DNA from: an uncultured virus (IMG/VR IMGVR_UViG_3300032283_001024)
Taxonomy: Duplodnaviria > Heunggongvirae > Uroviricota > Caudoviricetes
Reading direction: 5' to 3' (one strand)
Virus record (IMG/VR): IMGVR_UViG_3300032283_001024
Length of the DNA stretch: 20,237 bases
Position 1 is the first letter of the stretch. Each line of letters begins with the position of its first letter. Shown piece after piece: positions 1 to 8,042 of the stretch. The translations under genes and the position numbers were made by a program. A model generated the notes under the pieces. The model did no database searches, was not told where the DNA came from, and saw nothing but the letters and a program-made list of their open reading frames with translations.

Positions 1-471
1 AATAATCAGTTCTTACGTGCAAAACAAATCTACACGTACAAAGAAGACGGATTAAACACAACAATTCCGTGGACTGGAAAAACTTACCTGTTTCCTCCTA
101 CTTATGGAAGATGTTCTTATAACAAACAGAGAGGCGCTTTTAGATGGTCTTTGCGTGGAAGTCCGCACAGTAAATCTCCTTCGCACGTATGGTTTGATCG
201 TTTACAACGAGAGTGGAAACTGAGGAATATACCTGAAGCGCTGTTCTTTACTACGCATCACGAGATGATGAGAACCAATCTAACAATGTGGGACTATCCC
301 GTCTGCATATTAGAAAAACGCTGTAATTTGATTCATGGAAAAACTATAAAGTCGCACGCAGGGCCTTTTACTTGGGGTTATTTTGTGTACTTACCAAAGC
401 TAAGCTCGGGATTCAATCAAGCAGACAACTTTATAGATATTTTCTCACACCTTGGAAAAGTTGTTTACTGA
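1..471 (+). CDS. DNA N6-adenine methyltransferase-like protein (5'-truncated by window; catalytic motif degenerate)
   Basis: Frame 1 is open from base 1 (NNQFLRAKQIYTYKEDGLNTTIPWTGKTYLFPPTYG...). 'DGL...W.G..L.PP.YG' resembles phage Dam-like MTases, but NPPY reads FPPTY. Confidence 0.55.
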   Translation, partial: NNQFLRAKQIYTYKEDGLNTTIPWTGKTYLFPPTYGRCSYNKQRGAFRWSLRGSPHSKSPSHVWFDRLQREWKLRNIPEALFFTTHHEMMRTNLTMWDYPVCILEKRCNLIHGKTIKSHAGPFTWGYFVYLPKLSSGFNQADNFIDIFSHLGKVVY

Positions 472-731
472 TTTAATCTACCAAGTCGGCGCTGCTCTGG
501 ACTCCGTTCTGAACCATACGCATTTTTAAATGTGTACATGTTGTTTCCGGGTCCAGAAACAACGAATCTGTCATCTTCCTTCCTGTCCTCTGTAAGATTA
601 GTTCCTTGCGCCTGCTTGTGCCTTTCGATGAACCTGCTCAGGAAGTCGCGTTGTGCAGGGCTATCAATGGCTTTCTTGACACCGTGGTAACGGTTGTCTA
701 CCATGTAGCCATCGCGGGTTTGCGTGTCCAT
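465..731 (-). CDS. hypothetical small hydrophilic phage protein
   Basis: 88-aa ATG ORF filling the gap between two plus-strand genes; carries the PAQRDFLSRF motif. Confidence 0.7.
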   Translation of the reverse strand: MDTQTRDGYMVDNRYHGVKKAIDSPAQRDFLSRFIERHKQAQGTNLTEDRKEDDRFVVSGPGNNMYTFKNAYGSERSPEQRRLGRLNQ

Positions 732-778
732 GGTTTCATTCTGGCACCTGCAAACTTTCTACACCCCCGCGCAAAACC

Positions 779-1345
779 ATGGCTGCACCTCTTCTGATCG
801 GACTGCACTCAAAGAGGCCGAGGAGTGGGAAAAGCACGGTTGCTTCCTTTCTTCGTGATCAGTTCGATTATCAGATCAAACCTTTTGCTGGGCCACTGAA
901 AGGGATGGTTAGACAGTTTCTTGAAGATGCTGGGCTAAATAAAGAGCAAATTCACTACTACATGGCAGAGGGAAAAGAGGCTGTCCTTCCCGGTGAATGG
1001 GAGAGGCCGACAACCGCCAGGTACTTGATGCAGACGTTAGGTACTGAGTGGGGAAGGGAACTTGTGGGTGGGAACATCTGGCTAAAGCTTTGGGGCAGCT
1101 CAATCGACGGAGCGAAAGTCGTTGTTGATGACGTCAGGTTTCCAAACGAAGCAGCAGAGATCAAGGCCCGTGGTGGCCAGATGTGGTTGATTGAACGCGA
1201 CATACACAGTTCTGCGCAAGTACTCAGCCATAAGAGTGAAAGCGGCCTAGGCGAAGATTACGCTTTCGACAGCGTTTTGCACAACAGGGGGACCGTGGCA
1301 GAACTACAGTACGCTGCTCGGTACGTCCTAAGCTGGTCTGAATGA
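779..1345 (+). CDS. deoxynucleoside monophosphate (dNMP) kinase
   Basis: P-loop RSGKSTVA, FAGPLK, RYLMQTLGTEWGR, VVDDVRFPNEA and H.SE.GL motifs typical of phage dNMP kinases. Confidence 0.93.
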   Translation: MAAPLLIGLHSKRPRSGKSTVASFLRDQFDYQIKPFAGPLKGMVRQFLEDAGLNKEQIHYYMAEGKEAVLPGEWERPTTARYLMQTLGTEWGRELVGGNIWLKLWGSSIDGAKVVVDDVRFPNEAAEIKARGGQMWLIERDIHSSAQVLSHKSESGLGEDYAFDSVLHNRGTVAELQYAARYVLSWSE

Positions 1346-2059
1346 GGCAACTCCTTTGTGCGGTTTGCCCCAGTGGCGGAAGAACTGCTTCAGTACTTTT
1401 CCGGACGGATCTAACGTGCTTAGTTCCTTTTCAAGATACTCTAAAGCTCTAACTTGGTTAGGTGTGCCAATGAAACTCTCACCGATTGTGAGCAAACACT
1501 GATCAGATTTACAAACGTGTCTGACAAATCCGTGTACCTCCGTATCAGTAGAGAGGTACATGTTCAGCTCAACTTGTCTTCTTTTCTGTACGTGTTCGTT
1601 AGCAAACCGATACAAAGGATTGATCAGCGGACTCCATTCCTTGATAATCTCGAGTTTCGTAGCGCGTGAGTTTATCAACTCCAGTAGGGGACTGTCTTTA
1701 AAGTAACTTAATCCAACGCTGTGTGCGTAGCTGAGGAGAGCGCCGCGCTTTTTAGGGCTCAGCGGCATGATGACGTAGCTAGAGATCTTCTCTGCTAGTA
1801 CCTCTAAGTCCTTTACTAGCTGTTGGTTTATCTCATCTCTACTGGCTTTTGTGGATGGACCTGCCCATGTCTTTCCAATGCGGCTGCTACCATACCCAAT
1901 TCGCCACTCACCGTGCTCCGTACGATAAGAAGCAAACCGTTCGTCCCCACAATAGGTTCGGGGGTACCCGTGCTTCTGTATCAGCTCAACTACTAAGTCG
2001 CTTAAAAAAGGACTTTTATAGGGTTCAGGGGATTTGAACGCTACCGTTGTAGGCGGCAT
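1328..2059 (-). CDS. GH24 phage lysozyme-fold protein, probably catalytically degenerate, with a C-terminal extension
   Basis: Y....GEWRIGYG, GALLSYAHSVG and KRRQVE..MY match GH24 landmarks (WTIGYG, DALVSFAYNVG, RRR.AE). ATG at 2059 preferred over TTG at 2074. Confidence 0.75.
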   Translation of the reverse strand: MPPTTVAFKSPEPYKSPFLSDLVVELIQKHGYPRTYCGDERFASYRTEHGEWRIGYGSSRIGKTWAGPSTKASRDEINQQLVKDLEVLAEKISSYVIMPLSPKKRGALLSYAHSVGLSYFKDSPLLELINSRATKLEIIKEWSPLINPLYRFANEHVQKRRQVELNMYLSTDTEVHGFVRHVCKSDQCLLTIGESFIGTPNQVRALEYLEKELSTLDPSGKVLKQFFRHWGKPHKGVASFRPA

Positions 2060-2408
2060 TGCTGTATTCGTCAAACCTAATCATGACAATATAGGTTTTT
2101 GCTGCGTTTGTCACGGTTGCTGCTACCACGCCCTTGCCTTTACCTGCCTTTCCAATGTTAAAAAACGGTACGTACCCAGTGGGCGAAGCAGATCCGTTAA
2201 AAGAATCTTCTTGAAAGATCTGAATAGTGTTAACTGAATCCGATTTGTCCACGGTGAAAATGATGCTGCCAGTGCTCGCAGGAGTTACTCTGAACGCCCG
2301 CAACAGTTCCCCACGATCATTAAATTTTGTAGGGCCAAGGTACGTAATTTCACTGCCACCGCTGACTCGCAGATTGTCAAGAGTTCCTTTAACAGTGCGT
2401 GTAGGCAT
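2025..2408 (-). CDS. hypothetical beta-rich protein, possibly structural
   Basis: 127-aa ATG ORF with AAGGA just upstream; G/S/T/V-rich. Confidence 0.7.
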   Translation of the reverse strand: MPTRTVKGTLDNLRVSGGSEITYLGPTKFNDRGELLRAFRVTPASTGSIIFTVDKSDSVNTIQIFQEDSFNGSASPTGYVPFFNIGKAGKGKGVVAATVTNAAKTYIVMIRFDEYSNAAYNGSVQIP

Positions 2409-2413
2409 TTTCC

Positions 2414-2638
2414 TTAGGAGAGTTGGTTAGGTGTCAAATAAGTGAACGTGATCTCAGCATCAATGCCGTGTTGTTTCAAAATATTCAGAAACGTCTGACG
2501 ATCCTGCATATTTTGATGAAGAGCATTAAGGAACGCTTCTTCCAAGTCGTTGCGGTCTAGATCTTTAATTGTTAAAGCTGCCGCGTGAATTAGGAACTCC
2601 TGATTAACCGACAACCCTGGAGCGGTAGCATCCATCAA
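2414..2638 (-). CDS. nblA: NblA-like phycobilisome degradation protein
   Basis: LSVNQEF.I......I..L....L...FL....Q.M..RQ.F..ILK follows the NblA two-helix pattern (LS.EQQF...QM..RE..Y..LLK); 74 aa. Confidence 0.72.
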   Translation of the reverse strand: MMDATAPGLSVNQEFLIHAAALTIKDLDRNDLEEAFLNALHQNMQDRQTFLNILKQHGIDAEITFTYLTPNQLS

Positions 2639-2658
2639 ATCGTCCGATCCATGGATAA

Positions 2659-2667
2659 ATTCTAGCA
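2659..2667 (-). promoter_or_regulatory. extended -10 promoter element TGcTAGAAT upstream of the nblA-like gene
   Basis: Minus strand reads TGCTAGAAT about 20 nt before the ATG at 2638. Confidence 0.55.
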
Positions 2668-2675
2668 GCTGTAAC

Positions 2676-2840
2676 TTAACGAGTCGACTTAACGGCCACG
2701 TCCTTCAGCGGAAGGTATCTAAGGTCTGCAGCAAAACTAGGAGGATCACAAGGCAATTCAAACACTCCGCGCTCCATGACGGGCGGGCGTTCTGTTACGT
2801 ACTGTGATAAAAACTGTTTAGGGTAACCGTAATCTTCCAC
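2676..2840 (-). CDS. hypothetical 54-aa protein (not in ORF track)
   Basis: GTG start, VEDYGYPKQFLSQYVTERPPVMERGVFELPCDPPSFAADLRYLPLKDVAVKSTR*. Fills the intergenic gap and has TAAAAT at 2861-2866 upstream. Confidence 0.6.
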   Translation of the reverse strand: MEDYGYPKQFLSQYVTERPPVMERGVFELPCDPPSFAADLRYLPLKDVAVKSTR

Positions 2841-2888
2841 TGGATTTACTGCACTGTTATATTTTACGTAGTCTTAGCACCAGCTAGA

Positions 2889-3233
2889 TCAATTGGCCGC
2901 CATTTGAAAAGTGACACTGGCGTTGTTGCCTCCGGTTCGTTTTAAAAGGTTTGCTCGAATTTTTTTAACGGGAAACCCTATCACATTATAAGCGTGAACC
3001 CCGTTCTCGGTTATAGTATTAGAGATAAGTGCACCGTAGTTCTTACCATCTAAAGTGCCTTCAAGACGAACAACAATACTTGTATCAATGTCTTGAACAA
3101 TTGCTATTAAAGTGTAGTTACGTGTAGATAAATAGTTAGTTGTGTATACCTCATATTCCTCGGTAACGCCGGGGAAAGTGAGAATCGACGGGTAGAAAAA
3201 AACTGTTTGCTGATAACCTTCGAAAAAACTCAT
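2889..3233 (-). CDS. small beta-sandwich structural protein, paralog of 7215..7562
   Basis: ATG at 3233 (MSFFEG) gives 114 aa, colinear with 7215..7562 (T.F.YP..LT..G.T, I.TS..VR.EG.LDG.N, FP.K, VTF..AA). Confidence 0.75.
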   Translation of the reverse strand: MSFFEGYQQTVFFYPSILTFPGVTEEYEVYTTNYLSTRNYTLIAIVQDIDTSIVVRLEGTLDGKNYGALISNTITENGVHAYNVIGFPVKKIRANLLKRTGGNNASVTFQMAAN

Positions 3234-3344
3234 TGAATTGCTCTTAGTTAAGATGCCTGTTATGTCGATCTCAATGAGAATAATAGGCGAAGGTGCCACT
3301 AGGTGGCAATGGTTGTCCGGAAGCGGGCGTACTAAAGCTTGATT

Positions 3345-4508
3345 CTACGCCAAACTGCCAGACACTAAATACCCTCCAAGGCTTCCGTAATCGGAATATC
3401 CATTTTTGAGAGGATCACCAAAACCCACACCGTCGACCTGAAGATAGTAAGTTCCAGCGGTCAAGGTCAGATCGAAGCTGGCCCCAGTGCCTTTGGAATT
3501 ATTGGCGGCGACCAGGGTGCCGTCAGTGGTAAAGACTTTGGCTTCAATGTCTAAGTTCGGCCCACGCCCAATTAACAAGGTGCTAGTGAAATACCCAGAC
3601 CCGTCACTGATCCAAGCCTGGGTGGCGTTTTCAACGACCAGACTTACGGTGCCTGTTCCTGTAACAAAGCTAAACCAATCGGTATCATTACGAGTAAAAA
3701 TAATTCCAAACTGGTTCAGGCTTGGGCCGATAAGCGGTGTGGCCTTGGTGATCGAATCAGCGAAATCGTCAGACCGGAAGCCCAAGCCGTTCTGGGGTGA
3801 AGCAATGATTGCTAGATCGTCTTCCTGATTGACGGAACCTTTAAACTCGCCGTGACTCCACTGACTGAGAGGTTTTCCATAAGCGTTGCCCATAATAGGT
3901 GCCCAACCTGTGGGGCCGGTCCCCTGCCCGCTGAAATAATCAGATTTAACAGTATGATCGTGGACCAAGCCAAGAGAGTGGCCTACCTCATGGCTGATTG
4001 CTTCAGCAGTGTTCTTCTCGTTACCTTTGCTGAGATTCCCAGTAAACACAAAAACTGGGCCGCACCGGGCGCTACCAAACCCTTTGTAATAAGAAATACC
4101 ACCACTACCCGCGTTGTTTAACCAATCCTTATTGGTTCCCCCAATCGCGGCGCGTACTCCCCATTGATCATCTTCGCCTCCAGTATTGACCAGTGCCTCC
4201 TCCCCAGGGTCTTCGGTGGTGACGTTGACGCCGAACGGCAAAAAATCCTCAGCAACTCGCTGCCAAATGAACTGAATTCGCTCTAGTTCGGCATCACTGA
4301 ACGCTGCTGTGTTGGCATCGGAATTAAATATCGGTGTATTGATTGCTTCGCGCTTTGCTTGCACGTTCCATGACGTGCCAGTAGTTGTGTGTCCGTTGAA
4401 ATCTAAGTAGATTGTCTTGGAGGCCTCGGGTCTGCTGTGGAGACGAAACGTGTCGGCCAGGTCGACGCGGGTCGCGAGAAGTGTGGTCGAGGGGGTATTT
4501 GCGCTCAT
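3345..4508 (-). CDS. metzincin zinc metalloprotease with C-terminal PPC-like domain
   Basis: HEVGHSLGLVHD zinc-binding motif, Met-turn APIMG, N-terminal TFRLHSRP.ASKTIYLDFNGH, C-terminal DTDWFSF...GTYYLQVDG (PPC-like). Confidence 0.88.
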   Translation of the reverse strand: MSANTPSTTLLATRVDLADTFRLHSRPEASKTIYLDFNGHTTTGTSWNVQAKREAINTPIFNSDANTAAFSDAELERIQFIWQRVAEDFLPFGVNVTTEDPGEEALVNTGGEDDQWGVRAAIGGTNKDWLNNAGSGGISYYKGFGSARCGPVFVFTGNLSKGNEKNTAEAISHEVGHSLGLVHDHTVKSDYFSGQGTGPTGWAPIMGNAYGKPLSQWSHGEFKGSVNQEDDLAIIASPQNGLGFRSDDFADSITKATPLIGPSLNQFGIIFTRNDTDWFSFVTGTGTVSLVVENATQAWISDGSGYFTSTLLIGRGPNLDIEAKVFTTDGTLVAANNSKGTGASFDLTLTAGTYYLQVDGVGFGDPLKNGYSDYGSLGGYLVSGSLA

Positions 4509-4519
4509 CGTGGTGATGG

Positions 4520-4825
4520 CTAAAGGGTCGCCGGGTCTGCCGGAAGGAGGGAGTAGGTCGGGGTAAAGCCGTACAGAACGAGAAGCCCTACCAGCTCCTG
4601 TAGCTGCGTCTCCTGGGCGCTGCTGCCCGTTAGTTCCACTAGTCGCCAGATTGCTTCTTGAATGTCAGACTGATTAGGGTTACCATTGATCGCGTCCAAC
4701 ATCTCCACTCGCATCCGCAGGGTGCGCAACTCAACGGCTTCGGAGTATCTGGACATTGACATCAGACCAATCCAAGCGTTGGTGGACTTAAATGCTGCCC
4801 AAAACCCAGCGTAGTTTGGTTCCAT
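4520..4825 (-). CDS. hypothetical helical protein, possibly a tail-fibre chaperone
   Basis: 101-aa ORF coupled (TAATG) to the upstream fibre gene. Confidence 0.65.
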   Translation of the reverse strand: MEPNYAGFWAAFKSTNAWIGLMSMSRYSEAVELRTLRMRVEMLDAINGNPNQSDIQEAIWRLVELTGSSAQETQLQELVGLLVLYGFTPTYSLLPADPATL

Positions 4826-5715
4826 TATATAATACTCTCAACGTATATTTTGTTCACGCTAATATTGACGGTGTTAACTGTGGTGTTCAAAGTGCCGTTA
4901 CTCACTTGACATTGGGGGGACATCAATACCGTTGCTGCTGGAAGGTTTGCTGTCGTGCTATTTGTGTGGGGAATGTTGAATGCCAACTCAACGAGTCTAA
5001 AATAGATTCTATCCCCCGCAGGGGGGCAATACATCATGAAATCAAGTAATGGCGCGTCATTTACTAAATTGCTAAAAGGTGTTATTGGCAATGCGTTCCT
5101 GGTCGTACCGTCATGTGTGACAAAGTTCAGGGAGCCTGCACCTGATGCTGGATCAGTGCTGTTGTGCTGAAGACCGCAGTAGGGACCAGCTGGTGTGTCA
5201 CTAATACAGATAGACGCTGTTGCTGAGTTTCCTTGTAACCCTGTAAAGAGCCTTGAGGTTGATGTAACCAAGTTTGGGCGAAAACGAGAATAGTAAAAAA
5301 ATCCTCCCGTATTGGAAATGGCTCCACGAAAGAAGCACCGCTCGGCGGCAGTGTTCATGCGCGGACCAAGTTGCTGATTTGTTGTCGCGGCAACGTTTGC
5401 GAAGGTTGTGTTTCTACCACAGGCACCAAAAATGCTGGGGTTAAGCGCCGAATGGGTAACCGTTCCATTAGACGTCCATGATGTTTGAAACGCATTGCCG
5501 CCCGTTCCCACTGTTCCGCTCTGTGGCGCAAACATCATGATGCTGTTGGAGAAGATGTTTGGCTGCAGCACTGTGGCAAAACCAGTCGGGCCTTGCATGG
5601 CCAGCATGTAGCGTTCGGCCAGGGAGGTCGGATAAATAACCAAACCTGACGCATCTGCCGCAGGTGCGGTACCTGGGTCGGTTAGCTGAAGATTAGTTAA
5701 AAATCGCCTTGCCAT
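4825..5715 (-). CDS. putative tail fibre / receptor-binding protein
   Basis: 296 aa, T/S/G/N-rich with beta-sandwich character; TAATG coupling on both sides; located in the fibre cassette. Confidence 0.6.
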   Translation of the reverse strand: MARRFLTNLQLTDPGTAPAADASGLVIYPTSLAERYMLAMQGPTGFATVLQPNIFSNSIMMFAPQSGTVGTGGNAFQTSWTSNGTVTHSALNPSIFGACGRNTTFANVAATTNQQLGPRMNTAAERCFFRGAISNTGGFFYYSRFRPNLVTSTSRLFTGLQGNSATASICISDTPAGPYCGLQHNSTDPASGAGSLNFVTHDGTTRNALPITPFSNLVNDAPLLDFMMYCPPAGDRIYFRLVELAFNIPHTNSTTANLPAATVLMSPQCQVSNGTLNTTVNTVNISVNKIYVESII

Positions 5716-6506
5716 TAGCCAATCACCACAACGCGATAGGCGTTGGTTGCTGGTGCGGTTGCAAACACCAAGGCGACAGCGTTCACAGAAGTACGCTGCA
5801 CATCAACCTCAACGTCATCAAACTGCCCACTGTTAGGGAATACGCGAACAATCACATCGCGGGTGTTCAGGCTGTGCGTCACTGTGTAGGTAAGGGCACT
5901 ACCATCTCCGATGTTAGCTGAAAACTTCTTGATCCGACCAGACCAGTTTGTCAGCTTTAGTGGAGTAACAATTCGTAAATCATCAGTACCTGCATCAGTT
6001 TCAGCCTGAGTTGCAAGCTCAGCAATACCGGAGGTGGTTTCACTAGCGGCTGGCGCACCGGTTCCAAACGTAGTCCAAGTGATTGTTGTTGTTCCGAGCG
6101 TCCCATTTACCGCCGTTTGTCGGTACGTGGCACTAGCGCTAGTGCCCTCCTCGATAGACACTACCGCCTGTTCCAGCTCGTCAAATGTAGTAGCGTCCAG
6201 TGAGCGCGTCAGCGCAACCGAAGCACCGTTCCACACATAAATCCCGTTCTCAGCACCTGCTGTCTGGGCTCTAACCAACACACGATCTTGTGAGACCATC
6301 GTCACCCCATCAATTGTTGCGCCGGGGGTGGCGATGCTTAGGTTCGCTTGAGAAGCAACTCGGCACGAGTCTTTCCAGGCCAGGCCCTCAATCGCAGAAT
6401 CCACATAGGACTTCGGGACGGCATCACCGGAGGCTGTAGGGCTGGGAAGGTTGACAACTTTTGACACCGACTGCATGTCGATGTCAGTAAAAAATTTGCG
6501 GGCCAT
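5715..6506 (-). CDS. tail fibre protein
   Basis: DAVPKSYVD..GLAWKDSCRVAS, DRVLV..QT..AENGIYV, SETTSGIAELATQAE and C-terminal TVTHSLNTRDV motifs seen in phage fibre proteins; GAGG SD. Confidence 0.75.
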   Translation of the reverse strand: MARKFFTDIDMQSVSKVVNLPSPTASGDAVPKSYVDSAIEGLAWKDSCRVASQANLSIATPGATIDGVTMVSQDRVLVRAQTAGAENGIYVWNGASVALTRSLDATTFDELEQAVVSIEEGTSASATYRQTAVNGTLGTTTITWTTFGTGAPAASETTSGIAELATQAETDAGTDDLRIVTPLKLTNWSGRIKKFSANIGDGSALTYTVTHSLNTRDVIVRVFPNSGQFDDVEVDVQRTSVNAVALVFATAPATNAYRVVVIG

Positions 6507-6526
6507 GATGGTACCTCAATAAGTGG

Positions 6527-6871
6527 TTAGATCAGTCGGGCCAAACCCGCTGTTGCTGGAGTAAGGGTTACAAGGGTTTGATTGATGCTCGGGTGTGATA
6601 CATCCCCATCAATCTCCTGGCTGCCAGAATCCAGCAGCTCAACACTGGGCCGATAGCCCAGGTTGTGGTTAATGGTCCAGGTAGTGGCAGGCGCTGCCTG
6701 CTGAAACACATATGCGGACGCTCCAGATTGACCTGGTGGTCCAGTGTCCCCTGTAAGGCCTTTTGGTCCTTGTGGCCCAGCAGTTATTACTGAGACAGTT
6801 CTTGTATCAGTTACTGTTACAAGAACAGAACTGTTAGTGGTCGTAACAAGAATTTGATATACAGCGGTCAT
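6527..6871 (-). CDS. short collagen-repeat tail-associated protein
   Basis: GPQGPKGLTGDTGPPGQSGAS (7 Gly-X-Y triplets) followed by a WTINHNLG.P.V domain. Confidence 0.75.
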   Translation of the reverse strand: MTAVYQILVTTTNSSVLVTVTDTRTVSVITAGPQGPKGLTGDTGPPGQSGASAYVFQQAAPATTWTINHNLGYRPSVELLDSGSQEIDGDVSHPSINQTLVTLTPATAGLARLI

Positions 6872-7209
6872 GTTGAATACCCCTGCTGAATATAAAAAGT
6901 TCCTTTTAAATAATACTCTTTTCTTCCCGACAAGTTAGTAAGCAGTACATCGTAATACGCAGTTCCTATTGGCAAAGAAGTCGTCTGTGTTGTAGTCAAA
7001 CTTAGTACAACAACACCAGATGCCGCACCAGAATTATCAACAGTAAAAGTTGCATATTGTGTGGTTTTGCCGATATTCCAGATTTGTGCAGAAACAGTCC
7101 AACCGGTAAGATCAATATTTCTACCGTTGCTATCCTGAAATTGCAACGTCATATCATAGACAGCCTGTGTCCTGATAGTATCGTCGTAGGTAGCAGGATG
7201 GACTGACAT
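6868..7209 (-). CDS. tail-fibre attachment/adaptor protein (BppU-N / T5 p132-like Ig fold)
   Basis: IDLTGWTV.AQI...G.V.LSLT..QT..L....YYDV......G......G.F pattern; 113 aa. Confidence 0.7.
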   Translation of the reverse strand: MSVHPATYDDTIRTQAVYDMTLQFQDSNGRNIDLTGWTVSAQIWNIGKTTQYATFTVDNSGAASGVVVLSLTTTQTTSLPIGTAYYDVLLTNLSGRKEYYLKGTFYIQQGYST

Positions 7210-7214
7210 GTGGT

Positions 7215-7562
7215 TTACTTGGCAGCTATAACAAAAGTAACAGTGGGTGTTCCGGTAGTAATTGTTACCAACCTCCCACGAACAGCTTTAAGAGGAAAGT
7301 TAGGAAAATTGTAACCTGTGGTTCCGTTACTACTAATCGTTGTATCAGTTGCTGCTAAAGCAAAGAAATTTGTCCCATCTAAGCTACCTTCAAAACGAAC
7401 AATAACAGAAGTTCCGATCGAAGCGACTGTAACCTGGAATGCCGTAGACACTGAGCCTGCGTTGTCTTGGTCAGCGATTACGCAGATAGATGTTGTACCC
7501 GTGGCTGTAAGTGCCGCAGGGTAGCAAAAAAGAGTATCAACAAAAATAGGAGCGTTAGACAT
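7215..7562 (-). CDS. small beta-sandwich structural protein, paralog of 2889..3233
   Basis: VIVRFEGSLDGTNF motif; full-length similarity to 2889..3233. Confidence 0.75.
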   Translation of the reverse strand: MSNAPIFVDTLFCYPAALTATGTTSICVIADQDNAGSVSTAFQVTVASIGTSVIVRFEGSLDGTNFFALAATDTTISSNGTTGYNFPNFPLKAVRGRLVTITTGTPTVTFVIAAK

Positions 7563-7566
7563 TTAC

Positions 7567-8037
7567 TTACTTCTTGTAATCTAAATTTGACTTTAGCAGC
7601 CACTGATTTTTCTTGTGCACACGCCCACGCTCGACGCCAAGATCGAGTGTTAATTGATCTCCCAGCTGTTCCGACATCTTAATCAGCTCTTCAAACTTTA
7701 GAGCAAGTAGATTATGGTTGGTTGCGAGCTGGAGAATAATTGGATCTTGATTAAAACAGTTTTCCAGAGGAACCTCTGGCATAGTTGAATATACCAAGTC
7801 TTCGACCGTTTTAGGTGTACCGATATCAAGAGATCGGATGTGCTCGGCAATCGTGTCGTTACCCTCCTCCATCTCCTGGTAAATTCGTTCAGTCAACAAG
7901 TGAATTTCATAAAATTTGCTGCCCATCAAATTCCAGTGGACTAGCTGGGTCTGGTGGTAAACGTGAACAGAATCCCGCAAACACTGTGTCAAGTGGCAGT
8001 AGCAGGGAGTTGTTTTGTCGGTTGTCGTCTTAGCCAT
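7567..8037 (-). CDS. dps: Dps family ferritin-like protein
   Basis: HWNLMGSKFYEIH...Y.......DTIAEHIRSL and GDQLT.DL......H.K..WLL are Dps signatures; ferroxidase His/His/Asp/Glu present. Confidence 0.93.
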   Translation of the reverse strand: MAKTTTDKTTPCYCHLTQCLRDSVHVYHQTQLVHWNLMGSKFYEIHLLTERIYQEMEEGNDTIAEHIRSLDIGTPKTVEDLVYSTMPEVPLENCFNQDPIILQLATNHNLLALKFEELIKMSEQLGDQLTLDLGVERGRVHKKNQWLLKSNLDYKK

Positions 8038-8042
8038 CTAGA

